From positions 217,567 through 281,566 of the forward strand of contig JAQBRH010000004.1 in assembly GCA_028286565.1 (NCBI GenBank): DNA of 64,000 nucleotides. The letters run 5' to 3'. How positions within the stretch are numbered: position 1 is the first letter of the stretch; each line of letters starts with the position of its first letter. The translations under genes and the position numbers were made by a program. This stretch comes from Parcubacteria group bacterium (lineage in GTDB: Bacteria; Patescibacteriota; Minisyncoccia; Phycocordibacterales; Zambryskibacteraceae). Below are positions 8,879 through 18,090 of the stretch, piece after piece. The notes under the pieces are model-generated. The model did not search any database and was not told where the DNA came from. It worked only from the letters and a program-made list of their open reading frames with translations.

Positions 8879-11255
8879 ACCAGATATACAGCGCCTCGTC
8901 CTCCTCGACGCTCATGCGATCATCCACCGGGCCTTTCACGCGCTCCCGGACTTCGCCACTTCGCAGGGCGAGCCGACCGGAGCGCTGTTCGGCGTGGTGA
9001 CCATGCTTACGAAGATCATCGAAGAGCTCGCGCCCGACTCGATCGTCGCTTGCTACGACCTCCCGGAGAAGACGCATCGCCACGAAGCCTACGAAGAGTA
9101 CAAAGGGACAAGGCGGGCCCTCGATCCGAACCTCGTTCTCCAGCTCGAACGATCCAAGGATATATTTCGCGCCTGGAACATCCCGATCTATTCGTGCCCC
9201 GGATTTGAAGCGGACGACATCCTTGGGACGATCGTCGAAGATCTGAAAAAAGACAAAGCGATCGAGATCGTCATCGCCTCGGGGGACATGGATACGCTGC
9301 AGCTCGTCGACGGCAAGAAGGTCCGGGTGTACACCCTGAAAAAAGGCATCAAGGACACGATCCTCTACGACGAGAAAGCGGTCTTCGAGCGATTCGGGTT
9401 TGGTCCGCTCCTCCTTCCGGATTTTAAGGGACTCCGCGGAGATCCTTCGGACAACATCATCGGGGTGAAAGGCATCGGGGAAAAGACCGCCACCTCGCTC
9501 ATCACCGCCTTCGGGACGATCGAGAAAATATATAAAGCTCTAAAGAAAAAGGATGAATACAAGAAAGCCGGCATCACCGAGCGCATAAAAGATCTGTTGC
9601 TTGAGAACGAAGAAGAAGCCCTCTTCTCAAAGACCTTGGCCACTATTCGCCGCGATGCGCCGATCAATTTCACCATGCCCGCGCCGTGGAAAGAAACGCT
9701 CGTCATGGAAAACTTGCTCGAGCTCTTTAAGACGCTTGAGTTCAGGACGATGGGTGAGAGGATTAAAAACCTGCTTGCGAGCAAGAAAGATGATAAAGCT
9801 AAAATTCCTAAGGATAAAAAAAGTCCGAAGATAAAAAAAGAAACGCCCGCTCCTGTCGAACTGAGCAAGGGCGACAAAGAGCTTCTCCTCATGCTCTGGA
9901 TCGTTGATTCGAATTTCACCCTGCCGACGCTCGAGGATGTCTTCGCCTTCACGAAGACCGAAGACAAAAAGGAGGCGCGCGCGATCCTCGAAGCGGAGCT
10001 TGATAAGCGCAAAGTTCGATCCGTGTACGAGGAGATCGAGAAGCCTTTGATGCCTGTGACCGAGCGGATGAACGCGCGCGGGGTAGTGGTGGACAAGGAT
10101 GAGCTCAAGAAGCTTTCGGTGACGTATCACAAAGAACTCTCGCGCCTCGAAGGAGAGATCTGGAAGCACGCGGGCGAGGAGTTCAACATTAATTCTCCAA
10201 AGCAGCTCGGAGAAATATTGTTTACAAAGCTCGATCTCGGAGAGAAGAGGCAAAAGAAGACGGCGACCGGAGGATTTTCTACCAAGGAATCCGAGCTTGA
10301 TAAGCTCGCGGACAAGCATCCGATCATCGGCTGCATCCTCGACTACAGGGAACTTTCTAAACTCCTCGGCACATATATAGATACCATTCCGCTCCTTCTC
10401 GACGCCGAGTCCAGGCTCCACTCGACGTTCACCCAGGAGGGGACGACCACCGGACGCATGGCGTCGAACGATCCGAATTTGCAAAATATCCCCATTAAAA
10501 CTCCGCTTGGCCGGGCTATCAGGCATGCCTTCGTCGCACCGAATGGGTTTGTCCTCCTTTCCCTCGATTATTCGCAGATCGAGCTTCGCATCGCGGCCAT
10601 CCTTTCCAAAGACAAAAAACTGATCGACATATTCAAAAAAGGCGAAGACGTCCACACCGGAGTGGCCATGCGGGTGTTCGGCGTGAAGGCGGAGGAGGTG
10701 GACAAGGCCATGCGCACGAAAGCCAAGACCATCAACTTCGGCGTCCTTTTCGGGATGGGAGTGAACGCTCTGAAGACAAACTTGAAGACTGACAGAAAAG
10801 AAGCGCAGGAATTTTATAACAACTACTTTAATACCTTCAGCGAACTCGCGGCGTATCTCGGTCAGGTGAAGGCCGAGGCGGAGAGGAAGGGATATACGGA
10901 GACCCTCTACGGGCGCCGCAGGTATTTCGCCGGGCTCAAGTCTCCGCTTCCTTTTATCCGCGCCGCCGCCGAGCGCATGGCCATCAATGCTCCGATCCAG
11001 GGCACCGAGGCGGACATCGTGAAGATCGCCATGAAGCGGATCGACGATCGTATATATACAAAGGGCTGGGAGGATCAGGCCTTTCCTGTCTTAAATGTTC
11101 ACGACGAAATAGTCTATGAAGTGAAAAAAGAGATCGCCGAAGAAGCGCAGAGAGAATTTAAAAAGATCATGGAAGAAGTGATCCCCGAGGAAAAGACGCT
11201 CGGCGTGCCTATCGTCGCCGAAGGGAAGACCGCTTCTAATTGGGGAGATATATAG
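8868..11255 (+). CDS. polA: DNA polymerase I (5'-3' exonuclease + polymerase domains; no obvious 3'-5' exonuclease domain)
   Basis: N-terminal 5'-nuclease; PolA motifs DYSQIELRI (A), RTKAKTINFGVLFGMG (B), VHDEIVYEV (C). 795 aa. Confidence 0.92.
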   Translation: MKVKPDIQRLVLLDAHAIIHRAFHALPDFATSQGEPTGALFGVVTMLTKIIEELAPDSIVACYDLPEKTHRHEAYEEYKGTRRALDPNLVLQLERSKDIFRAWNIPIYSCPGFEADDILGTIVEDLKKDKAIEIVIASGDMDTLQLVDGKKVRVYTLKKGIKDTILYDEKAVFERFGFGPLLLPDFKGLRGDPSDNIIGVKGIGEKTATSLITAFGTIEKIYKALKKKDEYKKAGITERIKDLLLENEEEALFSKTLATIRRDAPINFTMPAPWKETLVMENLLELFKTLEFRTMGERIKNLLASKKDDKAKIPKDKKSPKIKKETPAPVELSKGDKELLLMLWIVDSNFTLPTLEDVFAFTKTEDKKEARAILEAELDKRKVRSVYEEIEKPLMPVTERMNARGVVVDKDELKKLSVTYHKELSRLEGEIWKHAGEEFNINSPKQLGEILFTKLDLGEKRQKKTATGGFSTKESELDKLADKHPIIGCILDYRELSKLLGTYIDTIPLLLDAESRLHSTFTQEGTTTGRMASNDPNLQNIPIKTPLGRAIRHAFVAPNGFVLLSLDYSQIELRIAAILSKDKKLIDIFKKGEDVHTGVAMRVFGVKAEEVDKAMRTKAKTINFGVLFGMGVNALKTNLKTDRKEAQEFYNNYFNTFSELAAYLGQVKAEAERKGYTETLYGRRRYFAGLKSPLPFIRAAAERMAINAPIQGTEADIVKIAMKRIDDRIYTKGWEDQAFPVLNVHDEIVYEVKKEIAEEAQREFKKIMEEVIPEEKTLGVPIVAEGKTASNWGDI

Positions 11256-11272
11256 TTCGCTATACTACGCAT

Positions 11273-11716
11273 ATGGAAGAAGAGTTTTATCATAAAAATT
11301 TGTTCGCCGAAGTGGTGGACAAAAACTTCAGCGAAGCGGATGAAGAAAAGGCTCCGCTCGGGAAGAAGGGAAAATTCTTCCCGGATTTTGCCTTTACGGA
11401 TGCCATCACCGCCCGGAACAAAAAGGAAGCTTGGATCCAGTACCAACGAGAGCTCGCTTCGGGGCTCGCCGCCGAACAGCTCTTTTGGGCGACCGCGCGG
11501 CATTTTAAAAATTTAATGCTTGCTAAACGTACGAACTCTGCCGTCGAGGCGGATTTAAATCCTTTTGTCTATAAAAAACTTCAAGCGGGACTCAAAAATT
11601 ATAAAGAAGGAGAATTAGAATCTCTTTCGGAATCTCTGGTGATCGGATACCACGAAGCGAGAAGAGGGGAGGCGGAGATCGAGACGCTCCTTGAAAAAAC
11701 GCTTTTAAAGTTATAA
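11273..11716 (+). CDS. Hypothetical protein, possibly related to the DNA polymerase III delta (HolA) C-terminal domain
   Basis: I preferred the ATG at 11273, which lies 8 nt after a TATACT box, over 11240. There is weak resemblance (LFWATARHFKNLMLAK...) to the HolA C-terminal helices. 147 aa. Confidence 0.35.
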   Translation: MEEEFYHKNLFAEVVDKNFSEADEEKAPLGKKGKFFPDFAFTDAITARNKKEAWIQYQRELASGLAAEQLFWATARHFKNLMLAKRTNSAVEADLNPFVYKKLQAGLKNYKEGELESLSESLVIGYHEARRGEAEIETLLEKTLLKL

Positions 11717-11740
11717 AAAAGGCCCGGATTCCGGGCCGCC
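11715..11740. terminator. Bidirectional terminator hairpin
   Basis: AAAAAAGGCCCGGATTCCGGGCC; the T-run is on the minus strand, where it serves gene 11744..12295. Confidence 0.6.
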
Positions 11741-11743
11741 TGC

Positions 11744-12295
11744 TTATCGATCCTCGAACGTCTCGTCCCAATGGGCGATGCAGTACCGTTGACCCCTATG
11801 GCCGACGAACAGGAAGGGGTCTTTCTCGAAGCTCATGACCGTGAACCTTGCACCAGGCAGATGTTGGTGGATCTCCATTGCCGTCCGGCGGGCCGCCTTC
11901 GGTATGCGCGGCGAGACGGTGGGCACTTCCTCCGGTGTGGTGACCCATCGCATCTCTTTGCATCGCAGGAACGCTTCGTTCATGCAGACGGCAGCCAGAC
12001 CTCCGAATCCCACCGCCACGAGCGCGAAGAAGATCGTAAAGATCCACCCGGCGATGGTCGCGGGCAACGTTACCGAAGCCCAGACGAAGAAGACTGCGGC
12101 CACAAGATCTACTGCGCTCCAAGCTGCAGCCGTCGCCAGAACGAAGAGAGCTGTGTTTCGGAGGAACTTGTTCTGGAATTCCTCGACCTGTTCGGTCGGG
12201 AATATTGTTATCTCCAGATGCACGAGTGTGCCTGCTAGAGTCTCCGGGGCGCTTGGGGCGGTGATCCTACTGGGTTTCAATAGAGTCGCGAGCAC
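11744..12295 (-). CDS. Hypothetical membrane protein (2-3 TM helices)
   Basis: Hydrophobic core (LFVLATAAAWSAVDLVAAVFFVWASVTLPATIAGWIFTIFFALVAVGF). GC-rich. It is flanked by an imperfect ~50-bp direct repeat. Confidence 0.55.
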   Translation of the reverse strand: MLATLLKPSRITAPSAPETLAGTLVHLEITIFPTEQVEEFQNKFLRNTALFVLATAAAWSAVDLVAAVFFVWASVTLPATIAGWIFTIFFALVAVGFGGLAAVCMNEAFLRCKEMRWVTTPEEVPTVSPRIPKAARRTAMEIHQHLPGARFTVMSFEKDPFLFVGHRGQRYCIAHWDETFEDR

Positions 12296-12394
12296 GAGGT
12301 CTCTCCTTGTGGAAGTGGAACTGCATACTACAGAAAAAATAACAGCCTAATATCATAAAATCATTTTATTTAAGAAAGGTCAAATAGGTGAGGA

Positions 12395-12447
12395 AAAACC
12401 GCCGAGGATCTGAGACGCTCCTCGAGAAAACTATTTTGAGATTGTGA
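12395..12447 (+). repeat. Degenerate duplicate of the 3' end of gene 11273..11716 (imperfect direct repeat of 11665-11716)
   Basis: GAGGATCTGAGACGCTCCTCGAGAAAACTATTTTGAGATTGTGA versus GAGATCGAGACGCTCCTTGAAAAAACGCTTTTAAAGTTATAA. There is an identical 11-mer GAGACGCTCCT, with roughly 70% identity on each side. Confidence 0.5.
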
Positions 12448-12540
12448 TGTGTGGCCTCGGATAATTTCCTCGCCGCCGCTTGGAAATTTCCATGGCCTTG
12501 CCTCACGGTCCTTCAAGCTTTCAGGACATCGTTCCGGCTG

Positions 12541-12573
12541 GCACAAAATCATAAAATCCCGAGCAGTCGGGAT
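12541..12573 (-). terminator. Terminator downstream of tRNA-Lys (minus strand)
   Basis: Hairpin ATCCCGAGCAGTCGGGAT, followed on the minus strand by TTTTATGATTTTG. Confidence 0.6.
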
Positions 12574-12587
12574 ATTTATGTATTTTG

Positions 12588-12660
12588 TGCCCCCGGCAGG
12601 AATCGAACCTGCGACCATCTCCTTAAAAGGGAGCTGCTCTACCGACTGAGCTACGAGGGC
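12588..12660 (-). tRNA. tRNA-Lys (anticodon TTT)
   Basis: Cloverleaf: acceptor GCCCTCG/CGGGGGC, D-arm GCTCAGTCGGTAGAGC, anticodon loop CUUUUAA, T-arm GCAGGTTCGATTCCTGC. Very similar to the E. coli tRNA-Lys. Confidence 0.85.
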
Positions 12661-12704
12661 AAAATGCCTTGAAAATATAACTTAAAATCTAAGCAGTGTC
12701 GAGA

Positions 12705-13109
12705 TTATAGCGGGATGTCGAAAGCGAAGGCGCCGGCGCCGGTGAGGAGAAGAGAGAAGGCGATCGCACAGAGGAGGACATAGAAGACGATGTTTCGCTT
12801 CAAGAGCGCCGCTTCCTTGTATTCAAGATAGATCTCCATGCCGGTGAGAATGATGAAGCCGAGAGCGGCGACTTGGGTATAGATGCCGATGAGGAGCATG
12901 ACGCCCCCGAGGACCTCGAGCGCTCCGAGAACGGAGACGAATATTTCTGCGGAGCCGAACCCGAGAGCCTTGAAGGATTCGATCCATCGCCCCTTTTCGC
13001 TTTTGAACTTGAGGAGCCCAAGGTCAATGAAAATGAGGCCTATGACCACTCGAAGAAGAAACGGAGCCATTTGCGAGTAGGTGAGGAGTTCAGGGAACGT
13101 ATTAAGCAT
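12705..13109 (-). CDS. DoxX-family membrane protein
   Basis: Start at MLNTFPELL. It is a 4-TM protein with a DoxX-like pattern (FLLRVVIGLIFIDLGLLKF...VLGALEVLGGVMLLIG). The longer ORF-track N-terminus looks non-coding. Confidence 0.65.
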   Translation of the reverse strand: MLNTFPELLTYSQMAPFLLRVVIGLIFIDLGLLKFKSEKGRWIESFKALGFGSAEIFVSVLGALEVLGGVMLLIGIYTQVAALGFIILTGMEIYLEYKEAALLKRNIVFYVLLCAIAFSLLLTGAGAFAFDIPL

Positions 13110-13131
13110 GGACCTATGATAGCATGGCCAC

Positions 13132-13599
13132 ATGAAAACCGGGGTCCTCATTTTGGATAACGTTCGTAGCGTCGAGAACACCGCTTCGATCTTTCGCACG
13201 GCGGAATGTTTAGGCGTATCCAAGGTCTACCTCATAGGCACGACCCCGGCGCCGACGGACCGGTTTGGGAACAAGCGCGCCGATTTCGCCAAGGTGGCCC
13301 TCGGAGCCGAAGAGCTCGTCTTATGGGAGTATCAAAAAGAGATCCTGCCCGTGATCAAAGAATTAAAGGATCAAAATTTCAAGATCCTTGCCCTTGAGCA
13401 AGATGAAAATTCAAAAGACCTTTCTTCGTTCAAAGCGCCGGAAATGTTTGCACTTATCCTTGGGAACGAAGTCGAGGGTGTATCAAAGGCTGCTCTTGAT
13501 ATCTGTGACGTGATCCTTGAGATAAAGATGAAAGGGGAGAAGGAATCGATGAATGTTTCCGTGGCGGCCGGGATCGCTCTCTATGAGTTACTGAAGTGA
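13132..13599 (+). CDS. SpoU/TrmH-class (SPOUT) RNA 2'-O-methyltransferase
   Basis: 155 aa with SPOUT motifs (ALILGNEVEGVS...NVSVAAGIALYEL). Confidence 0.8.
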   Translation: MKTGVLILDNVRSVENTASIFRTAECLGVSKVYLIGTTPAPTDRFGNKRADFAKVALGAEELVLWEYQKEILPVIKELKDQNFKILALEQDENSKDLSSFKAPEMFALILGNEVEGVSKAALDICDVILEIKMKGEKESMNVSVAAGIALYELLK

Positions 13600-13611
13600 T
13601 ATGATCAGAGC

Positions 13612-14712
13612 ATGCTAGAGAGCCTATTTCTTCGGCGGGCAACTGCTGATCGGATCGAAAACATTCTTAAAAAGGATAAATTTATTTATACCGATGAAGA
13701 TGTCCATAATCTTCTCCAAGGAAATCAAAAGGGAAAAAGGTATGGAAATGCGGTTCTTGTTCGGGAGGAAGAGGGGGAAGCCCGAAAAAGATTTATAAAA
13801 ATAGTTTTAGACGGCAGCCGGAGGACGCTCGCTCTCTTTAGGCGCCACGTAAATGTTGCAGACGCTCTCGCTCATGATGCTCGGTACAATCTTCCAACAA
13901 TGGGGGTTCTTACCTTCTCTTTTGCTCCGCCTCTCCCGTATGCAATATTTGAAACAAGGGAAGAAGGAGAAGGATTCGGGTTCATGAATGATAAGCGGGA
14001 GTTCTATGAGAGATTGAATGAGAAGGACCTCCACAGTCTGGCGAAGGCTATCTATGCTTTTCATCAAGCCGGGTCTGCCGTAGGCAAAAGCGTCATATCC
14101 CATACCCGGCATATTTCTTCGGACTTCACCTACTATCGAGAGGGAATTCTAAAGTCTCTGCATACGCGAGTCACTCACAAGCGAAGCGACGGCAGTGTTG
14201 TAGAGAAAACGATCGAGCAGTTAATCGAAGAATATACGGGAGGCTCCCGCTGTAAGGAAAAGGCTCTCGATCTTTTAAAGAAAAATTGGTTTGTGGGAGA
14301 AAACATGAACCGAGACGATATCTTTTTGGTGCATACCGACTTGGCCATCGACAATGTTTATAAGCATTCGAGCGGCGAATTCGAACTCCTGGACTTTGAG
14401 TGGGTCGGGCACACTGACGATCCTTACATTGCTCTGATGTGGGATTATGGAAATCTCTGGTCCCGAGCTTGGTCGTCGCCCAAATTTCAAGATCTGCTTG
14501 GTCAGGCTGTGGTAGATGCGAATCCATATACAAACGCCAATCCGGATGTTCTTAAAAAAGTTATTATGATAAGCAAGCTTCGTTCTGGATTAAAAATTCT
14601 CCGCTACCATTTTGATTATCTTCACACCACCAAGAATGATAAGCGAAGCGAGGCCGAGTATCAGGAGATGTATCCCAAAAGTCTTGCGCGAATACGAGAA
14701 CTATTGGAATAA
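13612..14712 (+). CDS. Phosphotransferase enzyme family (APH/choline-kinase-like) protein
   Basis: Catalytic loop LVHTDLAIDNV (HxDxxxxN) and DFEW (DFG-like). 366 aa. Confidence 0.6.
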   Translation: MLESLFLRRATADRIENILKKDKFIYTDEDVHNLLQGNQKGKRYGNAVLVREEEGEARKRFIKIVLDGSRRTLALFRRHVNVADALAHDARYNLPTMGVLTFSFAPPLPYAIFETREEGEGFGFMNDKREFYERLNEKDLHSLAKAIYAFHQAGSAVGKSVISHTRHISSDFTYYREGILKSLHTRVTHKRSDGSVVEKTIEQLIEEYTGGSRCKEKALDLLKKNWFVGENMNRDDIFLVHTDLAIDNVYKHSSGEFELLDFEWVGHTDDPYIALMWDYGNLWSRAWSSPKFQDLLGQAVVDANPYTNANPDVLKKVIMISKLRSGLKILRYHFDYLHTTKNDKRSEAEYQEMYPKSLARIRELLE

Positions 14713-15561
14713 TTTTTGATGTACAGGACAGAAGTGCGCCGAGCGGCCTCCGACGATCATGCGCTCGAGGATGCCCGGGCAGCCGCGCTTCTTGCATTTC
14801 TTGTTATTCATTTGATACGCATTGTGCGTAGCTTGGAACTTGCCCCGCTCTCCTTTGATATTTCTATAGTCCGAGGTCGAGTCTCCGCCGAAGTCGATGC
14901 CTTTCTTCAAGGTGTCTTTCATGGCGGTGAACATGAGTTTCATATTTTTCTCCGGGATCTTCTCGACGATCGAAAGCGGGTGCACATTTCCTAGCCACAA
15001 GATCTCGTCCGAATAGATGTTCCCGATCCCGGCCACGACCGTTTGATCCATCAAGACGGACTTTATTTTGCCCTTCGGCTTTTTCATCAATCGAGAACGG
15101 AAGACGAGGAATTGAAAATTTTTATCGAGCGGCTCCGGTCCGAGGTGCGAGAGGTGAGGAGAGTCGGAGAGGGTCGCGGTGTCGAGAACGGTGACCTTGG
15201 CAAATTTGCGCATGTCGGAAAAGACCAGGTCTTTGCGGTTGTCCAAATTAAAGATCAAATGCACGAACGGATAGCCGGGCTTCGGGTCATAGACGAAGTG
15301 TCCGGTCATCTTCATGTGGACAAGGATGGTGTGTCCGCCGGAGAGGTGGAGCAGAATATTTTTGGCTCTCCGCTCCGCCTTGAGTATCTTTTGGCCGATC
15401 ACTTTCTTTTTGAAGCTCCTGAAGAATGCGGGCTCTTTTATGCTGCCCTTATGCATTGGGTGAGCGCTTTTGTATTCGGTCCACACATTTATGATCCTCC
15501 TCCCTTTGACGGTCTTGTTCAGACCGTTCACGGTGGTTTGGACTTCAGGCAGTTCTGGCAT
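14701..15561 (-). CDS. mutM: Formamidopyrimidine-DNA glycosylase (Fpg/Nei family)
   Basis: N-terminus MPELPEVQT (catalytic Pro2/Glu3), H2TH domain, and a C-terminal zinc finger (CxxC...CxxC in KKCKKRGC...HFCPVHQ). Confidence 0.85.
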   Translation of the reverse strand: MPELPEVQTTVNGLNKTVKGRRIINVWTEYKSAHPMHKGSIKEPAFFRSFKKKVIGQKILKAERRAKNILLHLSGGHTILVHMKMTGHFVYDPKPGYPFVHLIFNLDNRKDLVFSDMRKFAKVTVLDTATLSDSPHLSHLGPEPLDKNFQFLVFRSRLMKKPKGKIKSVLMDQTVVAGIGNIYSDEILWLGNVHPLSIVEKIPEKNMKLMFTAMKDTLKKGIDFGGDSTSDYRNIKGERGKFQATHNAYQMNNKKCKKRGCPGILERMIVGGRSAHFCPVHQKLFQ

Positions 15562-16843
15562 TGAGTACTTTTTCTAATTCCTCCTTCGCCACATCATAGT
15601 CGGACCACTCGAGGCGCTTGCCGTTCGCGAGCATGATGCACGGATCGGTGCCTTTGCCTGTGATGAGGACGACGTCGCCCGGTTCGGCTCTGCGGATCGC
15701 TTCAGCGATTGCCGCGCGGCGATCCATGATTATGTGCGGAGTGTGGACGGTAAAGCCCGGGAGCATGTCAGAGATGATCGTGTTCGGATCCTCATCGTAC
15801 GGGTCTTCATTTGTGAGGATGATTTCTTCACCAAAATAATCCGCTACCTTGGCCATTTCCGGCCTTTTCCATTTATCTCGGCCTCCGCCGGTGTTCCCGA
15901 GGACGCAGATCTTTTTCTGATCCCCAAAGGCCTTATAAAGTTCGCTCAAAGATTCAGCCGTGTGTGCATAATCGATAACCACATCAAAGTTTTGTTTTTC
16001 ATGAAGAGGATTGTCTTCGGGAAATTTCACGAACTCGACTCGTCCTTTAATAAGAGATAACTTCTCGATACCTTCCTTGATCGCAAGGAGAGGGATGCCG
16101 AAGGCTTCAGCGCAGACTGCCGCGCCGAGAAGGTTGTAGAGGTTGAAGACGCCGCGGAGAGGGGATCGTATCTCCGTTCCTTTATATGTAAAACAGATCC
16201 CTTTCCCATCCACCGTGTACGGCTCGCCGTCCTTCAAGGAGTACGGATAGCTCTCCGAAGCGCCGCATTTCAAAAAGAGGTCCGCATTCGGATCGTCCGC
16301 GTTCGCGACCACGACGCTTTTGTCCTTCAGTTTTCGTCCCAAGGATTCGGTTATCCTGAGTTTCGCCTCTCGATACTTCTCGAACGAGCCGTGGGACTCG
16401 ATGTGCTCGGGGGAAAGATTGGTGAAGACGAGAGCATCGAGATAGATGAATTTATGCCTGTACTGCTTGGCGGCCTCGGAAGAGATCTCGACGACCGCGA
16501 CGTCGCAGTCTTTCTTCACCGCTTCGCGGAGGAACTTTTGGACGAAGAATCGTCCGGGCAGGGTCATCTTTTGTTTGTTCGGGGTCGACTCATCTCCGAT
16601 CTTGAAGCGGATAGTGCCGAGGAGGGCGGTTTTATATCCGGCTGCTTCGAATATAGAAGAGAGCATCTCCGCGGTCGAGGACTTGCCCTTGGTGCCGGTC
16701 ACCGCAAGGACGGTGAGCTGTCTTGAAGGGAACCAGTATAAAAGAGCGCTCGTCACCGCGAGCCCGTAGTGATAGACGGGAGCGAGGGCGTCAAAAAGAG
16801 AACGAGGGATGAATCTTTTTATAAAACGGAGAATTGAGTTCAT
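15545..16843 (-). CDS. murE: Mur ligase family protein, most like UDP-MurNAc-tripeptide synthetase MurE
   Basis: ATP-binding VTGTKGKSSTA, TNLSPEHIESHG, VIDYAHTAESL, and C-terminal ITGKGTD. At 432 aa it is shorter than a canonical MurE. Confidence 0.7.
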   Translation of the reverse strand: MNSILRFIKRFIPRSLFDALAPVYHYGLAVTSALLYWFPSRQLTVLAVTGTKGKSSTAEMLSSIFEAAGYKTALLGTIRFKIGDESTPNKQKMTLPGRFFVQKFLREAVKKDCDVAVVEISSEAAKQYRHKFIYLDALVFTNLSPEHIESHGSFEKYREAKLRITESLGRKLKDKSVVVANADDPNADLFLKCGASESYPYSLKDGEPYTVDGKGICFTYKGTEIRSPLRGVFNLYNLLGAAVCAEAFGIPLLAIKEGIEKLSLIKGRVEFVKFPEDNPLHEKQNFDVVIDYAHTAESLSELYKAFGDQKKICVLGNTGGGRDKWKRPEMAKVADYFGEEIILTNEDPYDEDPNTIISDMLPGFTVHTPHIIMDRRAAIAEAIRRAEPGDVVLITGKGTDPCIMLANGKRLEWSDYDVAKEELEKVLNARTA

Positions 16844-16845
16844 GG

Positions 16846-17418
16846 TTATTTTTGGGCCAGGAGCTTTAGCGCCTGCTTCACGCGCTCGCTCGTGTTCGTG
16901 ATCTCTTTTGGAACTTTTTTCAACGCGTCGCGTGCATCGCGCTCCGGATAGCCGAGAGAGACCAGGGCTTCGAGGGCGTCGCCCTCGGCCTTGAGGTTCA
17001 TGCCTCCGTCAGCCACGGTGGTGACGAGCTTGTCGCGGAGCTCGAGGACGATCTTCTCGGCGTTCTTCTTGCCGATCCCGCTGACGCGGGTGAGGTACGA
17101 GGTGTCGTCTTCGGCCACGGCCTGGCGGAGCATCGAGGGGGTGGCCACGTTCAAGATCCCCAAGGCGGTCTTCGGTCCGATGCCCGAGATCGTGATGAGG
17201 AGCTCAAAGATGTCCAGGGTCTCTTTATCGGAGAAGCCGTAGAGGTCGAGGGCGTTCTCTCGAACAGCGAGATAGGTCCAGAGAAATACGGGCTCTCCGG
17301 GCAGGGCGACGAGGGAAGTGTCGGTCGTGACCGATACCTTGTAGCCGATCCCGCCGACGTCGACGATGAGGGCGTGAAGATCTTTGTGCTGTACGGTGCC
17401 TCGGAGCGTTCCTATCAT
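16846..17418 (-). CDS. ruvA: Holliday junction DNA helicase subunit RuvA
   Basis: MIGTLRGTV start and paired HhH motifs (LITISGIGPKTALGIL and LTRVSGIGKKNAEKIVLEL). Confidence 0.85.
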   Translation of the reverse strand: MIGTLRGTVQHKDLHALIVDVGGIGYKVSVTTDTSLVALPGEPVFLWTYLAVRENALDLYGFSDKETLDIFELLITISGIGPKTALGILNVATPSMLRQAVAEDDTSYLTRVSGIGKKNAEKIVLELRDKLVTTVADGGMNLKAEGDALEALVSLGYPERDARDALKKVPKEITNTSERVKQALKLLAQK

Positions 17419-17465
17419 GGGACCATACTATCAGATTCAGGCACGCGGTGCCTTGGTAGATAGTA

Positions 17466-17493
17466 TTGATTTATGCGAGGGCATCATGTACTA
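17466..17493 (+). promoter_or_regulatory. Sigma70-like promoter for rpsT (TTGATT, 17 nt, TACTAT), probably giving a leaderless mRNA
   Basis: The -10 box ends 8 nt before the rpsT ATG at 17502, and there is no SD. Confidence 0.5.
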
Positions 17494-17501
17494 TCTCGCA
17501 T

Positions 17502-17765
17502 ATGCCAATCACACGCTCAGCCAAAAAGGCCCTCCGCACTTCGTACAAGAAGCGCGTCTTCAACCAGATCCGAAAGGACAACGTCCAGAAGACCGTAAAG
17601 TCGGTCAAGAAGCTCGTTTCCGAAGGGAAGAAAAAGGATGCCGCCTCGGCTCTCCGCCTCGCCCAAAAGGCCCTCGACAAAGCGGTCAAAGAAAAGACTC
17701 TGAACAAGAACGCCGCTTCAAGAAAGAAGTCCCGACTCTCGAAGATGATCAAAAAGATCGCCTAA
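17502..17765 (+). CDS. rpsT: 30S ribosomal protein S20
   Basis: MPITRSAKKALRTSYKKR... is a basic helical S20 signature. I chose the start at the Met that matches the S20 N-terminus. Confidence 0.85.
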   Translation: MPITRSAKKALRTSYKKRVFNQIRKDNVQKTVKSVKKLVSEGKKKDAASALRLAQKALDKAVKEKTLNKNAASRKKSRLSKMIKKIA

Positions 17766-17772
17766 CAAAAAA

Positions 17773-17796
17773 CCGCCGAGAGGCGGATTTTTGTAC
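17773..17796 (+). terminator. Rho-independent terminator of rpsT
   Basis: CCGCCGAGAGGCGG followed by ATTTTTG. Confidence 0.7.
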
Positions 17797-17823
17797 AGTG
17801 TGGTATATTCTCATTTGTTAAAT

Positions 17824-17895
17824 GCTCCCGTCGTTCAATGGATAGGATGCGACCTTGCGGAGGTTGTGATGTAGGTTCGATTCCTACCGGGAGCA
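17824..17895 (+). tRNA. tRNA-Arg; the anticodon reads GCG (noncanonical in bacteria; needs verification)
   Basis: 72-nt cloverleaf: acceptor GCTCCCG/CGGGAGC, D-arm GTTC-AATGGATA-GGAT, anticodon stem CGACC/GGTTG with loop UUGCGGA, T-arm GTAGGTTCGATTCCTAC. The acceptor, D-loop and T-arm are near-identical to the tRNA-Arg(TCT) at 25341. Confidence 0.7.
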
Positions 17896-17926
17896 CATTT
17901 CTGAATAATGGTCGAATTATGAAAAA

Positions 17927-17954
17927 GAGCGCACAGGTGTGCGCTCTTTTTTGT
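17927..17954 (+). terminator. Rho-independent terminator after tRNA-Arg
   Basis: AGAGCGCACAGGTGTGCGCTCT followed by TTTTTG. Confidence 0.7.
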
Positions 17955-18090
17955 TCTAGCAAGTAGTGAAGAGGGATTCGCCGAATGGCTTCATGTAGCC
18001 AAGCGAGATTTGGAGGGTTGTAGGAATCGAACTTTTGACAGAAAAGGTGGGTGTGGTAGGGTGGGCCTAGAACTTCAATTGGAGCCCCCC

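Noticed and set aside
9365-10655. Minus-strand ORFs of 247 and 342 aa
   Set aside because: Antisense to polA (motifs A, B and C in the plus frame).
12449-12672. Two plus-strand ORFs (66 and 73 aa)
   Set aside because: They overlap tRNA-Lys (minus strand) and its terminator; they are translation of tRNA sequence.
16846-17418. ruvA separated by ~11 kb from ruvB/ruvC, as a possible rearrangement signal
   Set aside because: Split ruv genes are common in bacteria and there is no flanking repeat evidence. This is not noteworthy on its own.
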